Shown here piece by piece: positions 17,068 to 26,826 of a DNA stretch of 64,000 nucleotides; positions within the stretch are counted from its first letter, which is position 1, and the number at the start of each line of letters is the position of its first letter. Source of the DNA: an uncultured Nitrososphaeria archaeon (GTDB taxonomy: Archaea; Thermoproteota; Nitrososphaeria_A; Caldarchaeales; Wolframiiraptoraceae); assembly GCA_964655015.1 (NCBI GenBank), contig CAZZKR010000011.1, positions 21,444-85,443 on the forward strand, in the 5' to 3' direction. The translations under genes and the position numbers were made by a program. The notes under the pieces were generated by a model. The model did not search any database and was not told where the DNA came from. It saw only the letters and a list, made by a program, of their open reading frames with translations.

Positions 17068-18051
17068 TCAGGTTACGTAGGCATCTAAATGACGAAGCCT
17101 CTTAGCAGGGTGCGGATGAGTGCTGAATAATTCCATCAAAATACTTGGTTTTTCTGCTTTAATCCGTTCTACGAGTGCATCTACATCATCGTAACCTCTA
17201 ACGGTAACCTCAGGGTCCGTGATGAACAACGCCTTTAATTGCGTGTAAGATGCGATTTTTTCCTTACGAACCCTTCTTGTTGCACTCATTATTCTAACTA
17301 AGCCCCTCTGTAGATTCCTTGCACCGTTTTGCACGGAAATCGCAGCATGCGAGTCAGCATAGTACTCTCTTAACCGGCTAAAGTAGAATACAAAAAGGTT
17401 AAAGACGAAACTCAGAAGTATCAGTCCTACCCCGATGAGTACAAGGAGCGCACCACCGCCTCTCTGGTCCCTATATGTGCTACCAAGCCAGCCGGAGTAG
17501 TAAAGTATGTGCCCAATATAGTAAATAAGCGCGGGTATTATGCTTATGATCATCATGAACATGACATCCTTATGCTTTATATGGCCTAGTTCATGCCCGA
17601 CAACTGCCTCGACTTCTTCACGAGGTAATGTGGATAGGAGACCCCTAGTGACCGCCACGAAGTTGCCCGTAATCGGGTTACCGTAAGCAAAAGCGTTGGG
17701 CAAATCTATCTCCGCTAGCATAAGCTTTGGTTTTGTATTAAGTCCACTCGTTGCTGAGATTCTTGATATGGCTTCATGAAGCCAAGGATATTCATGCGCT
17801 TGAAGGGGCCTGACCCTATATATGGCGTTAATGATGTATGGTGCGATCAACCACTGCAATATATGGAACGCGACCACTATACCAAGTATCGTATATATGC
17901 CAAATGGGACTCCAAGCCAACTTAATATCACCGTCAAGACAAGCGTTGCTAAGCCGATTATTGCAGCCAGTGTACCTAGCATTGCGAACCTCAGTCGTAT
18001 AAGTGAAACTCTTGCCTTGGGTGGCATAGAAGACCCCTCTGTTTTAAGCAA
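17068..18051 (-). CDS. htpX: HtpX-like M48 zinc metalloprotease (membrane)
   Basis: HELGHIKHKD zinc motif flanked by TM helices. Confidence 0.8.
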   Translation of the reverse strand: MLKTEGSSMPPKARVSLIRLRFAMLGTLAAIIGLATLVLTVILSWLGVPFGIYTILGIVVAFHILQWLIAPYIINAIYRVRPLQAHEYPWLHEAISRISATSGLNTKPKLMLAEIDLPNAFAYGNPITGNFVAVTRGLLSTLPREEVEAVVGHELGHIKHKDVMFMMIISIIPALIYYIGHILYYSGWLGSTYRDQRGGGALLVLIGVGLILLSFVFNLFVFYFSRLREYYADSHAAISVQNGARNLQRGLVRIMSATRRVRKEKIASYTQLKALFITDPEVTVRGYDDVDALVERIKAEKPSILMELFSTHPHPAKRLRHLDAYVT

Positions 18052-18170
18052 AATAATGTGATTTAAAAACCTTCTTCATGCTTTTATGAAAACTTTTCAT
18101 ATTGTCTCGTCCCTATTCACAAATACCGGAATCGTGATTTAAAACTGCTGAGAAATAATAGTGAGACTGG

Positions 18171-18449
18171 TTAAGGGGTAACTTTCCTTTCTTCCCTTGC
18201 CCTTACCTTCAAGATGCCGTAGTGTATTGCACAACTTATGCAAAGGTTTTTCGTTATTACGTTCTCGGCGAGGTATGCGCCCTGTTGCTTTAACTCTTTT
18301 GCAAGATCTTTGCTTACAAGCGAGACCCTTCTCGTAACCTTTTGAATCTTGCTCCTAGGCACGTAGGCACCGCAGTTGTCGCATTGCACCATCGGTTCTT
18401 TGCCCTTTGCACCCTTGGCCCTACCTCTGCTCTTTCGCTTGAACGGCAT
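18171..18449 (-). CDS. rps26e: 30S ribosomal protein eS26
   Basis: Basic N-terminus, CDNCGAYVPRSK ... CISCAIH zinc-ribbon pattern, 92 aa. Confidence 0.85.
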   Translation of the reverse strand: MPFKRKSRGRAKGAKGKEPMVQCDNCGAYVPRSKIQKVTRRVSLVSKDLAKELKQQGAYLAENVITKNLCISCAIHYGILKVRAREERKVTP

Positions 18450-18646
18450 AACCCAGCCCTCACAGTATTGGACGTTTGCGGTTATATAAAATGTTAATCA
18501 TGCTCGAACCCGCCTTTTATTTCCATTCTCTAACGACTGTCTATGCAAAAGTAAACGTTTTAACCCTCCATTAACCACTTTTCTAAGCTAATATAACGGG
18601 TAGACGGAAGGCTGAATATCGTTGAAAATCAGGAGAGATCAATGGT

Positions 18647-19165
18647 ATGCCAATTAGTTTGAAGGAAAGGATAGAGATGCTCAGGCAAGGCATACTCCAC
18701 CGTTACGTGATACCTGCCTTAGAAGAAAGGGGTTTCATGGTTAGTGATTGGAAAAGACCACGAAGTCTCGAGGACATGGTGCTAAGGGATGAGGGCTGGA
18801 TCCCTTTGTACACACAGTTCACGACATGGGAGACATATTCTAGGGATAGCCCGTTATATGTTTATTTCAATACTTTTTATGGAGATGTTTATGAAAAAGC
18901 GTACAGGATTTGCTTTGTTGAATTCATAATAAATGTACTCAATTTCCCTCTTAAGAAGAGTCTTGTTGGAACTTTTACGAGGCTTAACGTAAAAGATGGC
19001 TACTACTGGAAGACTAGAATGCCTATAGACCTCTCATTTCCTGAGGCTTGCGTCAGCGAAATAGATGGCAAATACGACGAATTAACGCTACTTATGTCTC
19101 GTGAGGGCGTTATAGATGAACTCATAAATCTTAATAACTCAAAAGTGTGGCGTAGGGTTACCTAA
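18647..19165 (+). CDS. hypothetical protein (172 aa)
   Basis: ORF with coding-like composition. No motif recognised. Confidence 0.4.
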   Translation: MPISLKERIEMLRQGILHRYVIPALEERGFMVSDWKRPRSLEDMVLRDEGWIPLYTQFTTWETYSRDSPLYVYFNTFYGDVYEKAYRICFVEFIINVLNFPLKKSLVGTFTRLNVKDGYYWKTRMPIDLSFPEACVSEIDGKYDELTLLMSREGVIDELINLNNSKVWRRVT

Positions 19166-19571
19166 CGACTCTGAGCACCAAAACGGTGTTCGTGTTCTTC
19201 ACACCCTCTATCTTTCTTATTTCCTCGATGCACTTGTTTAATCCGGCTACGCTGTTTGCGGAGACTATGGCGGCCACATCATATTCGCCAGTCAACTCAT
19301 AAACACCTTCAACACCATCTAACGTAGCGAGCTTCTCGCTTACAGAGGGTGTGGGTACTCCAGGATCTATCGTGATAAAAGTTATCGCCCTTACGGAATG
19401 CCCTTTCTCGACTTCTATAGTGAACCTAGTTATCACGTTATTTTTAATCAAGTTTTTTACACGTCGCCTGACGGCACCTTCCGAAAGCCCGAGCTCCTTC
19501 CCTATTTCCACAAAAGGCTTCCTTGCATCTTTTTTCAATATCTCGATTATTTTATTATCAATTTCGTCCAT
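19158..19571 (-). CDS. Lrp/AsnC-family transcriptional regulator (HTH + RAM)
   Basis: N-terminal HTH (ARKPFVEIGKELGLSEGAVRRRVKNL) and a C-terminal RAM domain. Confidence 0.8.
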   Translation of the reverse strand: MDEIDNKIIEILKKDARKPFVEIGKELGLSEGAVRRRVKNLIKNNVITRFTIEVEKGHSVRAITFITIDPGVPTPSVSEKLATLDGVEGVYELTGEYDVAAIVSANSVAGLNKCIEEIRKIEGVKNTNTVLVLRVVR

Positions 19572-19574
19572 AGC

Positions 19575-19608
19575 AAGTATTTTTCTTAACGGCGTTCGTT
19601 AAATACTT
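19575..19608. promoter_or_regulatory. nested imperfect palindrome in the divergent lrp/argG intergenic region (candidate Lrp operator)
   Basis: AAGTATTT...AAATACTT outer arms and TTAACG-n5-CGTTAA inner arms, starting 4 nt upstream of the lrp ATG. Confidence 0.25.
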
Positions 19609-19710
19609 TACGGAAACCATTACTAAAAATCTTGAAAATTACCTAAAAACATTAAAAATATTCTAAACAGTCTTTTTATAGGAGGCATTTTTTCTTTTAA
19701 AGGACGTGCC

Positions 19711-20901
19711 ATGAAGGTGGCATTAGCTTATAGCGGCGGTCTTGATACAACTGTGATAATTAAATGGCTCCAAGAGAAGTACGGTGCAGAAGTCATAACC
19801 GTAACAGTAGACGTTGGCCAAGAGGAGGATTTTGACGCGATAGCGGAACGTGCAAAGCTGAGTGGTGCATCGAAACATTATTACGTGGATGCAAAAGAGA
19901 GGTTTGCAAAAGAGTTCGTGGCGAGGGCTATCAAGGCTAATGCTCTTTACGAAGGGGAGTATCCACTAACTGCCGCCCTCAGCAGGCCCTTGATAGCTGA
20001 AGAAACAGTTAAGGTGGCGTTAAAGGAGAACGCTGACGCTGTAGCTCATGGATGTACTGGAAAGGGTAACGACCAGATAAGGTTCGAAGTAACATTCGCG
20101 GCACTAGCGCCCGGAATAAAGATACTTGCACCCGTAAGAGAGTGGAACATGAGCAGAGACGAGGAGATAGAGTATGCACTCTCCAGAAAGTTACCAATAC
20201 ATCCTAAGAAGAGCAGGTTCAGCATTGACGAGAATCTGTGGGGTAGATCGATAGAAGCGGCAGAGTTAGAAGACCCTTGGGTAGAACCTCCACAAGAGGC
20301 CTTTAAGCTTGTTGCGCCTTTAGAGAACACTCCGGACGAAGCAGAAGAGGTCACGATAGGTTTCGAAAAAGGCATGCCCGTCTCACTAAACGGTGAAGAA
20401 TTGCCTTTACTCGAGATAATAAAGCGTCTGAACAAAATTGGTGGAAAACACGGATTCGGTATAATAGACCATGTAGAAGATAGAGTTGTAGGGATAAAGT
20501 CAAGGGAGGTTTACGAAGCTCCGGCCGCACTCATGCTAATCAAAGCTCATGCCGACCTAGAGAAGATGACTCTCGGTGGAAGACACCTAATGTTTAAGCA
20601 ATTAATCGATAGACAATGGTGTTATATGGTCTATGCTGGTTTATGGGTTGACCCTCTGATGGACTCGCTCAATGCCTTCATAGATGCATCACAAGAGAAT
20701 GTCACTGGCGAGGTAAGAATAAAGCTATACAAGGGCTCTGCTAGGATAGTCGGTAGGAGAGCGGAAAGACCTGTATACTCAATGCTCATGGCAACATATT
20801 CGCGTGAGAGTGCTTTCGATCAAAAGATGGCCGAAGGCTTCGTGAGGATATGGGGTCTAGAAACGGTCCTAGGCCGAGCAGCACTAAGAAGGAAGGAGTA
20901 A
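19711..20901 (+). CDS. argG: argininosuccinate synthase
   Basis: AYSGGLDTT ATP-pyrophosphatase motif. Collinear 396 aa. Confidence 0.9.
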   Translation: MKVALAYSGGLDTTVIIKWLQEKYGAEVITVTVDVGQEEDFDAIAERAKLSGASKHYYVDAKERFAKEFVARAIKANALYEGEYPLTAALSRPLIAEETVKVALKENADAVAHGCTGKGNDQIRFEVTFAALAPGIKILAPVREWNMSRDEEIEYALSRKLPIHPKKSRFSIDENLWGRSIEAAELEDPWVEPPQEAFKLVAPLENTPDEAEEVTIGFEKGMPVSLNGEELPLLEIIKRLNKIGGKHGFGIIDHVEDRVVGIKSREVYEAPAALMLIKAHADLEKMTLGGRHLMFKQLIDRQWCYMVYAGLWVDPLMDSLNAFIDASQENVTGEVRIKLYKGSARIVGRRAERPVYSMLMATYSRESAFDQKMAEGFVRIWGLETVLGRAALRRKE

Positions 20902-20954
20902 AATCAGATTAAGCTAACACAAAACGTATCCCTCAACAATATGGACGTGATAAT

Positions 20955-22187
20955 CTACATATTAGCGGACATCCCTTCTAAACGTTCAATTAAATTTTGC
21001 GTAATCTTGCTCAATGTAAATTCTGAAGCCCTTTTTGCTGCGTTCTTCCCCATTTCGCTTGCAAGATCTTCATCATTTACCAGTTTCAAAACGGCCTCTG
21101 TTGCACCTTTTATGTCTTCTGGACCGTTGACATGGATGCCGTCGATTCCATTCCTGATTAGCCAACGCTGGCCGCCAATTGCCGAAGTGATTACTGGTTT
21201 TCCGGCATACATGAATTCTAACTGCGTGAGTCCTAGAGCCTCCATTTTGCTCATGATTATGTTGGCGTATGATGCTTTTATCAGTGATATTTTCTCGTCA
21301 TCGCTAATCTCACCAATGTATTTAAAATTTGGGAGAGTTTTAGTGGCTTTAATTAGAATATCGGCTTGATCGGATGGTGAACCTGCCGCAACAAATATTA
21401 TATCTTTTCTGTTGCGCAGGTTAGTAGCTACTTTTACTATGGCAGCAGGATTCTTTCGCTTTTCTATAGTTCCTATATATGCTATAATTTTGACGTCTCT
21501 AGGTATGTTAAACCTTGAATACACATCCACTCCGCCTAGATTTTTGAACGCTTCTTCGTCAATCCCTCCAGGATAAAGGTGACACTTTCTAGCATCTGCG
21601 CCCAATTCGACCATTTGGTCAATCTCAATGGGTGTTGTGCAAAGTATCAAATTCGCCGTCTTGAAAATTGTAGGAAATACTGTGACATTCCATGCCTCCC
21701 TATACAACCTTTCAATCGGTGCATAGTGTATAGGACTCGGAGGTTGGTAGTGGGGCATAAAACAAGCTATCACCCCCCTATCCTTTAACCCCTCCCTAAC
21801 CATCATGTCGTTCCATAATTTAAAACGGGCAAGTTCTTCTGGACCATTCCATAATGTGCTATGAGCTATGAAGCATTCTACTCCTAGGTCTTCAACGATG
21901 TGTCTGAAGATTGATTGTGCATCCCTAAGCATTATTCTCCTCGGAGGCCAACTAGATACGTACCCATCCATCCTTATCACAGGAACACCAAATTCTTCCT
22001 TAATCACATAGCCCCTCACACTCTTTAGCACTTGTTCATACCAAGGAACGGGTTTTCCGTCGTGGAATAAAGTGGATAAAAGAAAGGCATCCTTTCCTTG
22101 CTTACGCAGTTCTTTCGTCATTCGAAGAGCGACAAGTTCCTGACCCTTAGTCAAGCTAGTCTGGTACATCAGTACGGCAATTTTCAA
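20955..22187 (-). CDS. GT4-family (GT-B) glycosyltransferase
   Basis: C-terminal EX7E-type motif (SKMEALGLTQLEFMYAGKPVITS). 410 aa. Confidence 0.75.
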   Translation of the reverse strand: MKIAVLMYQTSLTKGQELVALRMTKELRKQGKDAFLLSTLFHDGKPVPWYEQVLKSVRGYVIKEEFGVPVIRMDGYVSSWPPRRIMLRDAQSIFRHIVEDLGVECFIAHSTLWNGPEELARFKLWNDMMVREGLKDRGVIACFMPHYQPPSPIHYAPIERLYREAWNVTVFPTIFKTANLILCTTPIEIDQMVELGADARKCHLYPGGIDEEAFKNLGGVDVYSRFNIPRDVKIIAYIGTIEKRKNPAAIVKVATNLRNRKDIIFVAAGSPSDQADILIKATKTLPNFKYIGEISDDEKISLIKASYANIIMSKMEALGLTQLEFMYAGKPVITSAIGGQRWLIRNGIDGIHVNGPEDIKGATEAVLKLVNDEDLASEMGKNAAKRASEFTLSKITQNLIERLEGMSANM

Positions 22188-22199
22188 TACTTACACCCT

Positions 22200-22958
22200 C
22201 TAAACTCTACAGAGCAATCGATTATTTGGTTCAAAATTCAACTCATGCTTAGCGAGCTCAGAAAAGAGTTTTGGCACGTCCTCAAAATTAATAAAATATT
22301 GACATTCCAGTTCCGGAAAATTGTCCTCATGGATCACACCCACGGACACATCAGCAATCCTGAAAGCGGGATTGTCCATTTTGCCATCGCCTATGTACAT
22401 TATGGGACCATTTATACCAAGAGCCTCTTTAATAAAAGATGCCGCAACTCCCTTATCTGGTCTGATTGGGAAGATATCTAAGAATGGCTCGTATTCGCAT
22501 CCTTCAACATAAAGCCCAAGCCTTCTCGCGCTTTCTTTAATCCTTTCCATAAACTGCTTTGCAGGAACCCTTCCATAACGCCAGTCGATGCACAAACCAG
22601 CAACTTTCTTATTCCTTAAGGCCTTTATCTCAAAAACGATATCGGAATCTATGGTCATCTGAATCAAAACATCCAATAACTTACCAATTACTCTAAGCTT
22701 TTGCGTTATATCTTTTCTTATCCAAGCTCTGTCTCCTATGACGACTTCTATTCCACCTATGCACCCGAACGCATCAACATTCGACAATCTGCTTGCGAGA
22801 AACCAGTAGTCCTTCGTACTTATGACAACGAACTTTCCGTACTTTTTTATAGTATCAATACTCTCTTCAATTCCTTCTAAGGGTTTCGACTCTATACGTG
22901 TAACGTTTTTCGGGGCCAGCGTCCCGTCATAATCTGCGAATATTCCGAACAATTTCAT
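22200..22958 (-). CDS. HAD-superfamily sugar-phosphate phosphatase (trehalose-phosphatase-like)
   Basis: Motif I FADYDGTLAP, cap region, KG and GDGKMDNPAF motifs. Confidence 0.7.
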   Translation of the reverse strand: MKLFGIFADYDGTLAPKNVTRIESKPLEGIEESIDTIKKYGKFVVISTKDYWFLASRLSNVDAFGCIGGIEVVIGDRAWIRKDITQKLRVIGKLLDVLIQMTIDSDIVFEIKALRNKKVAGLCIDWRYGRVPAKQFMERIKESARRLGLYVEGCEYEPFLDIFPIRPDKGVAASFIKEALGINGPIMYIGDGKMDNPAFRIADVSVGVIHEDNFPELECQYFINFEDVPKLFSELAKHELNFEPNNRLLCRV

Positions 22959-23626
22959 CGTTTTTCACCTCTCTTAAGCATACCCTCAATAATTTCTTTA
23001 ACCCTGTCTTTTAGAGCCCAGCCAACGACGATCCCGAGTATTATTGCTATGGCCCATGCTATAGGCGTAGCAAATATGTAAATTATTGTAATATCGATAC
23101 GCATGTTTGCAAGTGCTACTGTAATTACGATAAAGTACAAGAACACTCTTATGACATCCGAAGCCAAGGTTGATAACTCATTCTTGGGCTGACCTTGCTT
23201 AACGAGTTCGGCAGTCCAATCAGCGAGTATCAACCCCGCAATGAGGATTATTATGCCAGCAAAAAGACTTGGAAGGTATGTGAGTATTTGTGAAACCCCT
23301 GCAGATAGTTCTGGTATATTCAATGTGTAGAGTGAATAAAGTATGGCAATAAAGTAAACTAACCACTTAACGATAGATGCTGAGAATGTGCCTGCAGTGT
23401 AACCTGAACTAAGTATTGCTCTACCAATCACTGTCTTACGCATATAATGCTCCCAGCCTAACTTTCCAACGATTCTTGAGACAAGAGCATAAAGTAACCT
23501 GCCGACTATCCAACCAATTAGCAATATGAGCACGAGACTTAATAACCTAGGCGCCCACTCGAAAAATCCAGCGGTTAATGTTTTAAGAAACTCTACAGGA
23601 TCAAACACATAAGTTGTGCTACTCAT
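22955..23626 (-). CDS. membrane protein with conserved-TM-helix repeats (MscS-N-terminal-like)
   Basis: Several TM helices with short amphipathic linkers. ATG at 23626 is preferred, since the track start 23698 overlaps the divergent GT2 remnant. ATGA overlap with the HAD gene. Confidence 0.5.
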   Translation of the reverse strand: MSSTTYVFDPVEFLKTLTAGFFEWAPRLLSLVLILLIGWIVGRLLYALVSRIVGKLGWEHYMRKTVIGRAILSSGYTAGTFSASIVKWLVYFIAILYSLYTLNIPELSAGVSQILTYLPSLFAGIIILIAGLILADWTAELVKQGQPKNELSTLASDVIRVFLYFIVITVALANMRIDITIIYIFATPIAWAIAIILGIVVGWALKDRVKEIIEGMLKRGEKR

Positions 23627-23690
23627 GACTTTTAACAACTCTACAAAAAGTTGTGCGTTATTTAAGTTTTTAATTTGGTGATCAAAAACT

Positions 23691-23936
23691 ATGAACATCT
23701 CATGCTCTGTTATGATTATTGTAAGAGATGCCGAAAAGAATATATCAGGCTATCTCTCTTCATTACTAAATCACGACATTCAAGCCTATAGAAATTATAG
23801 CCGTTGATAATTGCTCTACAAGATTCACGGCAAAGAGTGTCGCAAATTTTGATGCGAAAGTGGTTTATGAATTATCTGTAGGAGGGTCAAAGGCTTAGGA
23901 ATAAACCAGCTATTTGAGAATGTGTCAAAAACATAA
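23691..23936 (+). pseudogene. decayed N-terminal remnant of a GT2 glycosyltransferase (three frame-shifted pieces, C-terminal half missing)
   Basis: Piece 1 (23691-23807): ISCSVMIIVRDAEKNISGYLSSLLNHD. Piece 2 (23779-23898): FKPIEIIAVDNCSTRFTAKSVANFDAKVVYEL. Piece 3 (23886-23936): KGLGINQLFENV. The order follows a GT2 N-terminus but uses three frames, each ending in a stop. Confidence 0.45.
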
Positions 23937-24033
23937 ATGGCTTGAGTTATGCGAGATTTACAAAAGTATAAAAGGCTTTAAGAAAGAAGAGTATAATAAC
24001 CCTCGTTAGAGGTTAAGCTTAGTCACGGTAGGG

Positions 24034-25659
24034 TTGGACTTGAGGAAGCTGGTAGCCGTTACGATCTTAATCATACTTGTCTGTACGGCATTAGCGCAGT
24101 TTGCCGTGGCATCCTCTGAAGAAGTCTATGAAGTTATCAGGAACGTTGAGGTAAGGGATGGTGGGTTGATATACGTTTCAGACAATCTTTACATTGGTCC
24201 GGGTAAGACGGCAGTAGTCGGGTTTGATATGGCTTTGAAGGATAAGCTAGTTACCTTTTATGTTGAACAAGCTACAATCGAGGCAAGATACGTGGAAGAG
24301 CCACCTTATCTATTCTTCATAGAGATGAAGAATACTGGTGAACAAACCGTCAGGGCGAATCTAGTAACTGTTTTCAAAAACTTGGTAACTGAGGAAACTT
24401 CTAAAACTTTCGTGGCAAATGTTCCGGTGCTGCCCGTACTCAAGAAGACGGTAGCATCTTTCTACATGGCAGCACACTTTCCGGAAGGGAGCAAGGTAGA
24501 GCTTCCTGAAAGACCTGGTTTCAACTACACTGCCGCGATGGATGGCATATTCATGGAAGCTAAAGATATTGACCTGCTTACGCCCATGAGTGTTTCTGTG
24601 AGGTTTAAGAACGATTACTTTTCAATACTCTTCGTCGAGAGGGCTGAAGTTACGGTTTCTATCGGAAATCAGAAAGAAATATCTTTCTACCTCAAGATAA
24701 CTAACCATGGCAAATCTTCTATGAATGAAATTAAGTTGTTGTTACCAAAAAATGCAACTTTACTTAATGTTAAGGATAGCCTCGGGACGTTATCGTATAG
24801 TTACACACAGGAAAATGGTGTTTTGAAAGTTAAGACAAGGTGGGAAGTCAAAGGTGGTGAGAAGGTGTCGTTCACGGTCGAGTACCTTGAGCCTTATACC
24901 CAAGAACTAGGGAATACGTTCGTTTTGAGCTACCCGTCTCTACTGGATGTAGCATATGGTGAATATATCTTAAAAGTTATTTTACCACCTGGCTACGAAT
25001 TCAAAGAATCTTCACCAGAACCTGAAGAGTTCGTTAAGGACCAGAGCGGTACCACGACACTCACCTATATTAGCAGAAGTGTGGCATCCCTCCAACCAAA
25101 ATCTACTATAAGTATTAATTACATCGTAGGTATGAGCTTCGTACAATATCTTCCGTACTTATGGATAGTAACAGTTGGGGTGCTTTTAACAACGGTCATA
25201 ACTTACAAACTTTCTCGTAAACCAAAGATGCCCGCCCCCTCGGAGGAACTAAAAGAAACACTCAAGACGTTGACCTCCGATGTGCTTGGAATTATAAGGA
25301 CATGCGAAAAGTTAGCCTCTTCGATTCCTTTAGATAAAAAATCATTAAGCAAGTGGTCAAGAAGCGTTTACGAAAGCGAACTTGTGAGTATGAAAAGGGA
25401 TGCGGACAGGATTGGCGCATTAAGGAAGAGACTTGGAGGTTTTCCGGAGATTACGTCAAAACTTAGCTCTCTTGAAGTGCACATTACGGAATTATTGGGC
25501 ATCATGACGGCGCTTGGCAGGACGGTAGAAGACTTCAGATTGGGAAGAATAGGGAAAGCGGCATATGAAAGAATAACAAAAGAGTATACAAAGGACGTTT
25601 CGACATTCGCATCCCGAATAATAGATACGATAAGGGATATAGAAGCATCCTTAAAATAA
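24034..25659 (+). CDS. membrane-anchored protein: signal peptide, large beta-rich ectodomain, one TM, helical cytoplasmic tail
   Basis: 541 aa. TTG start, with no ATG available. N-terminal signal peptide-like segment KLVAVTILIILVCTALAQFAVASS. TM segment YLWIVTVGVLLTTVITY. Confidence 0.5.
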   Translation: MDLRKLVAVTILIILVCTALAQFAVASSEEVYEVIRNVEVRDGGLIYVSDNLYIGPGKTAVVGFDMALKDKLVTFYVEQATIEARYVEEPPYLFFIEMKNTGEQTVRANLVTVFKNLVTEETSKTFVANVPVLPVLKKTVASFYMAAHFPEGSKVELPERPGFNYTAAMDGIFMEAKDIDLLTPMSVSVRFKNDYFSILFVERAEVTVSIGNQKEISFYLKITNHGKSSMNEIKLLLPKNATLLNVKDSLGTLSYSYTQENGVLKVKTRWEVKGGEKVSFTVEYLEPYTQELGNTFVLSYPSLLDVAYGEYILKVILPPGYEFKESSPEPEEFVKDQSGTTTLTYISRSVASLQPKSTISINYIVGMSFVQYLPYLWIVTVGVLLTTVITYKLSRKPKMPAPSEELKETLKTLTSDVLGIIRTCEKLASSIPLDKKSLSKWSRSVYESELVSMKRDADRIGALRKRLGGFPEITSKLSSLEVHITELLGIMTALGRTVEDFRLGRIGKAAYERITKEYTKDVSTFASRIIDTIRDIEASLK

Positions 25660-26733
25660 TTATCGCGCGCTACTTTTGGATAGTGCTTTTTTTAACCATT
25701 CAGCCACAACTTTTGCAGGGTTAACCATCCTTCGCTTAAGTCTATTAGCAAGTTTCATTTGATTATCCCTAACATCCTCAGCGTGCTTTAGTACTTTTGA
25801 GATTTCTTTCAGTGCGCTCTGCCAACTCTTAAAGTGCTTTAGAGCGCCAACGTCTATAAGGTAACGGTGGACGGCAGGGAGCCTTCCCGGATAGACCGAT
25901 ATAGTAGGCACGCCCATCAATACGGCCTCTTGCGTCATAGTTCCGCCACCGCCAACGAAAAGTGATGCGTAATATACTATGCTGTGATCCGATACCGGTC
26001 TCTCAAATATAATGGCGTTTTTGCCCAAACTTTTTAGCTGTATTGCCTGTTCACCGTACCTTGGTAATATGACAAGCTTGACGCCGCTAAGATTTGATGC
26101 TAATTTCTCCACCAGTCTCATTACATATTCTGTATTAATTCCTATAAGGTATGATGCTTGTGTTTCAGGCATTCTTAGGAGGACATAGTTGAACTCATCA
26201 ATACCAAACTCGTACAGTATTCGCTTGCTTGGTCTGAAACCGTCCAACCAAGCCACGGGATCCAAAGCTCTATACTTTAATACTTTGCGACCGCTTATCC
26301 CATACTTTACCCACTCGTCCTTTGGAATTATCCACGGTGTGAAAACATAATTTGAAAGTGGGACACAGTATCTGTTAACCGGAGATTCCGGAGTGTCTGA
26401 CAGAAGAATATGTGGAATACCCAGACCGAAGGATATTCTTGTCATATCAAGCGAACCGCTTGATACACAGATATCGGGCGAATGCTCTTCGATAATATCA
26501 ACAAGCTCTACAGTCCTCTTAACACTTGTCTTAAGCTTTCCAAGAAGAGACCCACCACCAAATTCTCCAACGATGATAATGTCTCTACGACCAACATCCT
26601 CCAGTATTGGTGTAAGCTGTTCGTATCTTCTAGAGGTAAGCAACACTTCTATGCCATACTCCCTTAATACTTTCTCTATTGATGTAAAAAACCAAAACTG
26701 CTTGGGCGTTAGTATATCAAACCATGCCTTCAA
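25660..26733 (-). CDS. DUF354-family protein (GT-B/epimerase-like fold)
   Basis: N-terminus MKAWFDILTPKQFWFF...GIEVLLTSRRYEQ resembles the DUF354 family as I recall it. Confidence 0.6.
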   Translation of the reverse strand: MKAWFDILTPKQFWFFTSIEKVLREYGIEVLLTSRRYEQLTPILEDVGRRDIIIVGEFGGGSLLGKLKTSVKRTVELVDIIEEHSPDICVSSGSLDMTRISFGLGIPHILLSDTPESPVNRYCVPLSNYVFTPWIIPKDEWVKYGISGRKVLKYRALDPVAWLDGFRPSKRILYEFGIDEFNYVLLRMPETQASYLIGINTEYVMRLVEKLASNLSGVKLVILPRYGEQAIQLKSLGKNAIIFERPVSDHSIVYYASLFVGGGGTMTQEAVLMGVPTISVYPGRLPAVHRYLIDVGALKHFKSWQSALKEISKVLKHAEDVRDNQMKLANRLKRRMVNPAKVVAEWLKKALSKSSAR

Positions 26734-26826
26734 GAATTTTCATCCCCAATCATCCAAAAATGCGTGAAACGTGAGTAATAACGCTTATTCGATAATAAGG
26801 AAAAAATTAATAGGTTAGGGAACAGA

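Noticed and set aside
23627-23698. 24-codon N-terminal extension of the TM-helix membrane protein.
   Set aside because: The extension is hydrophilic and atypical, and it overlaps the divergent GT2 remnant's ATG. The internal ATG at 23626 directly precedes the conserved part.
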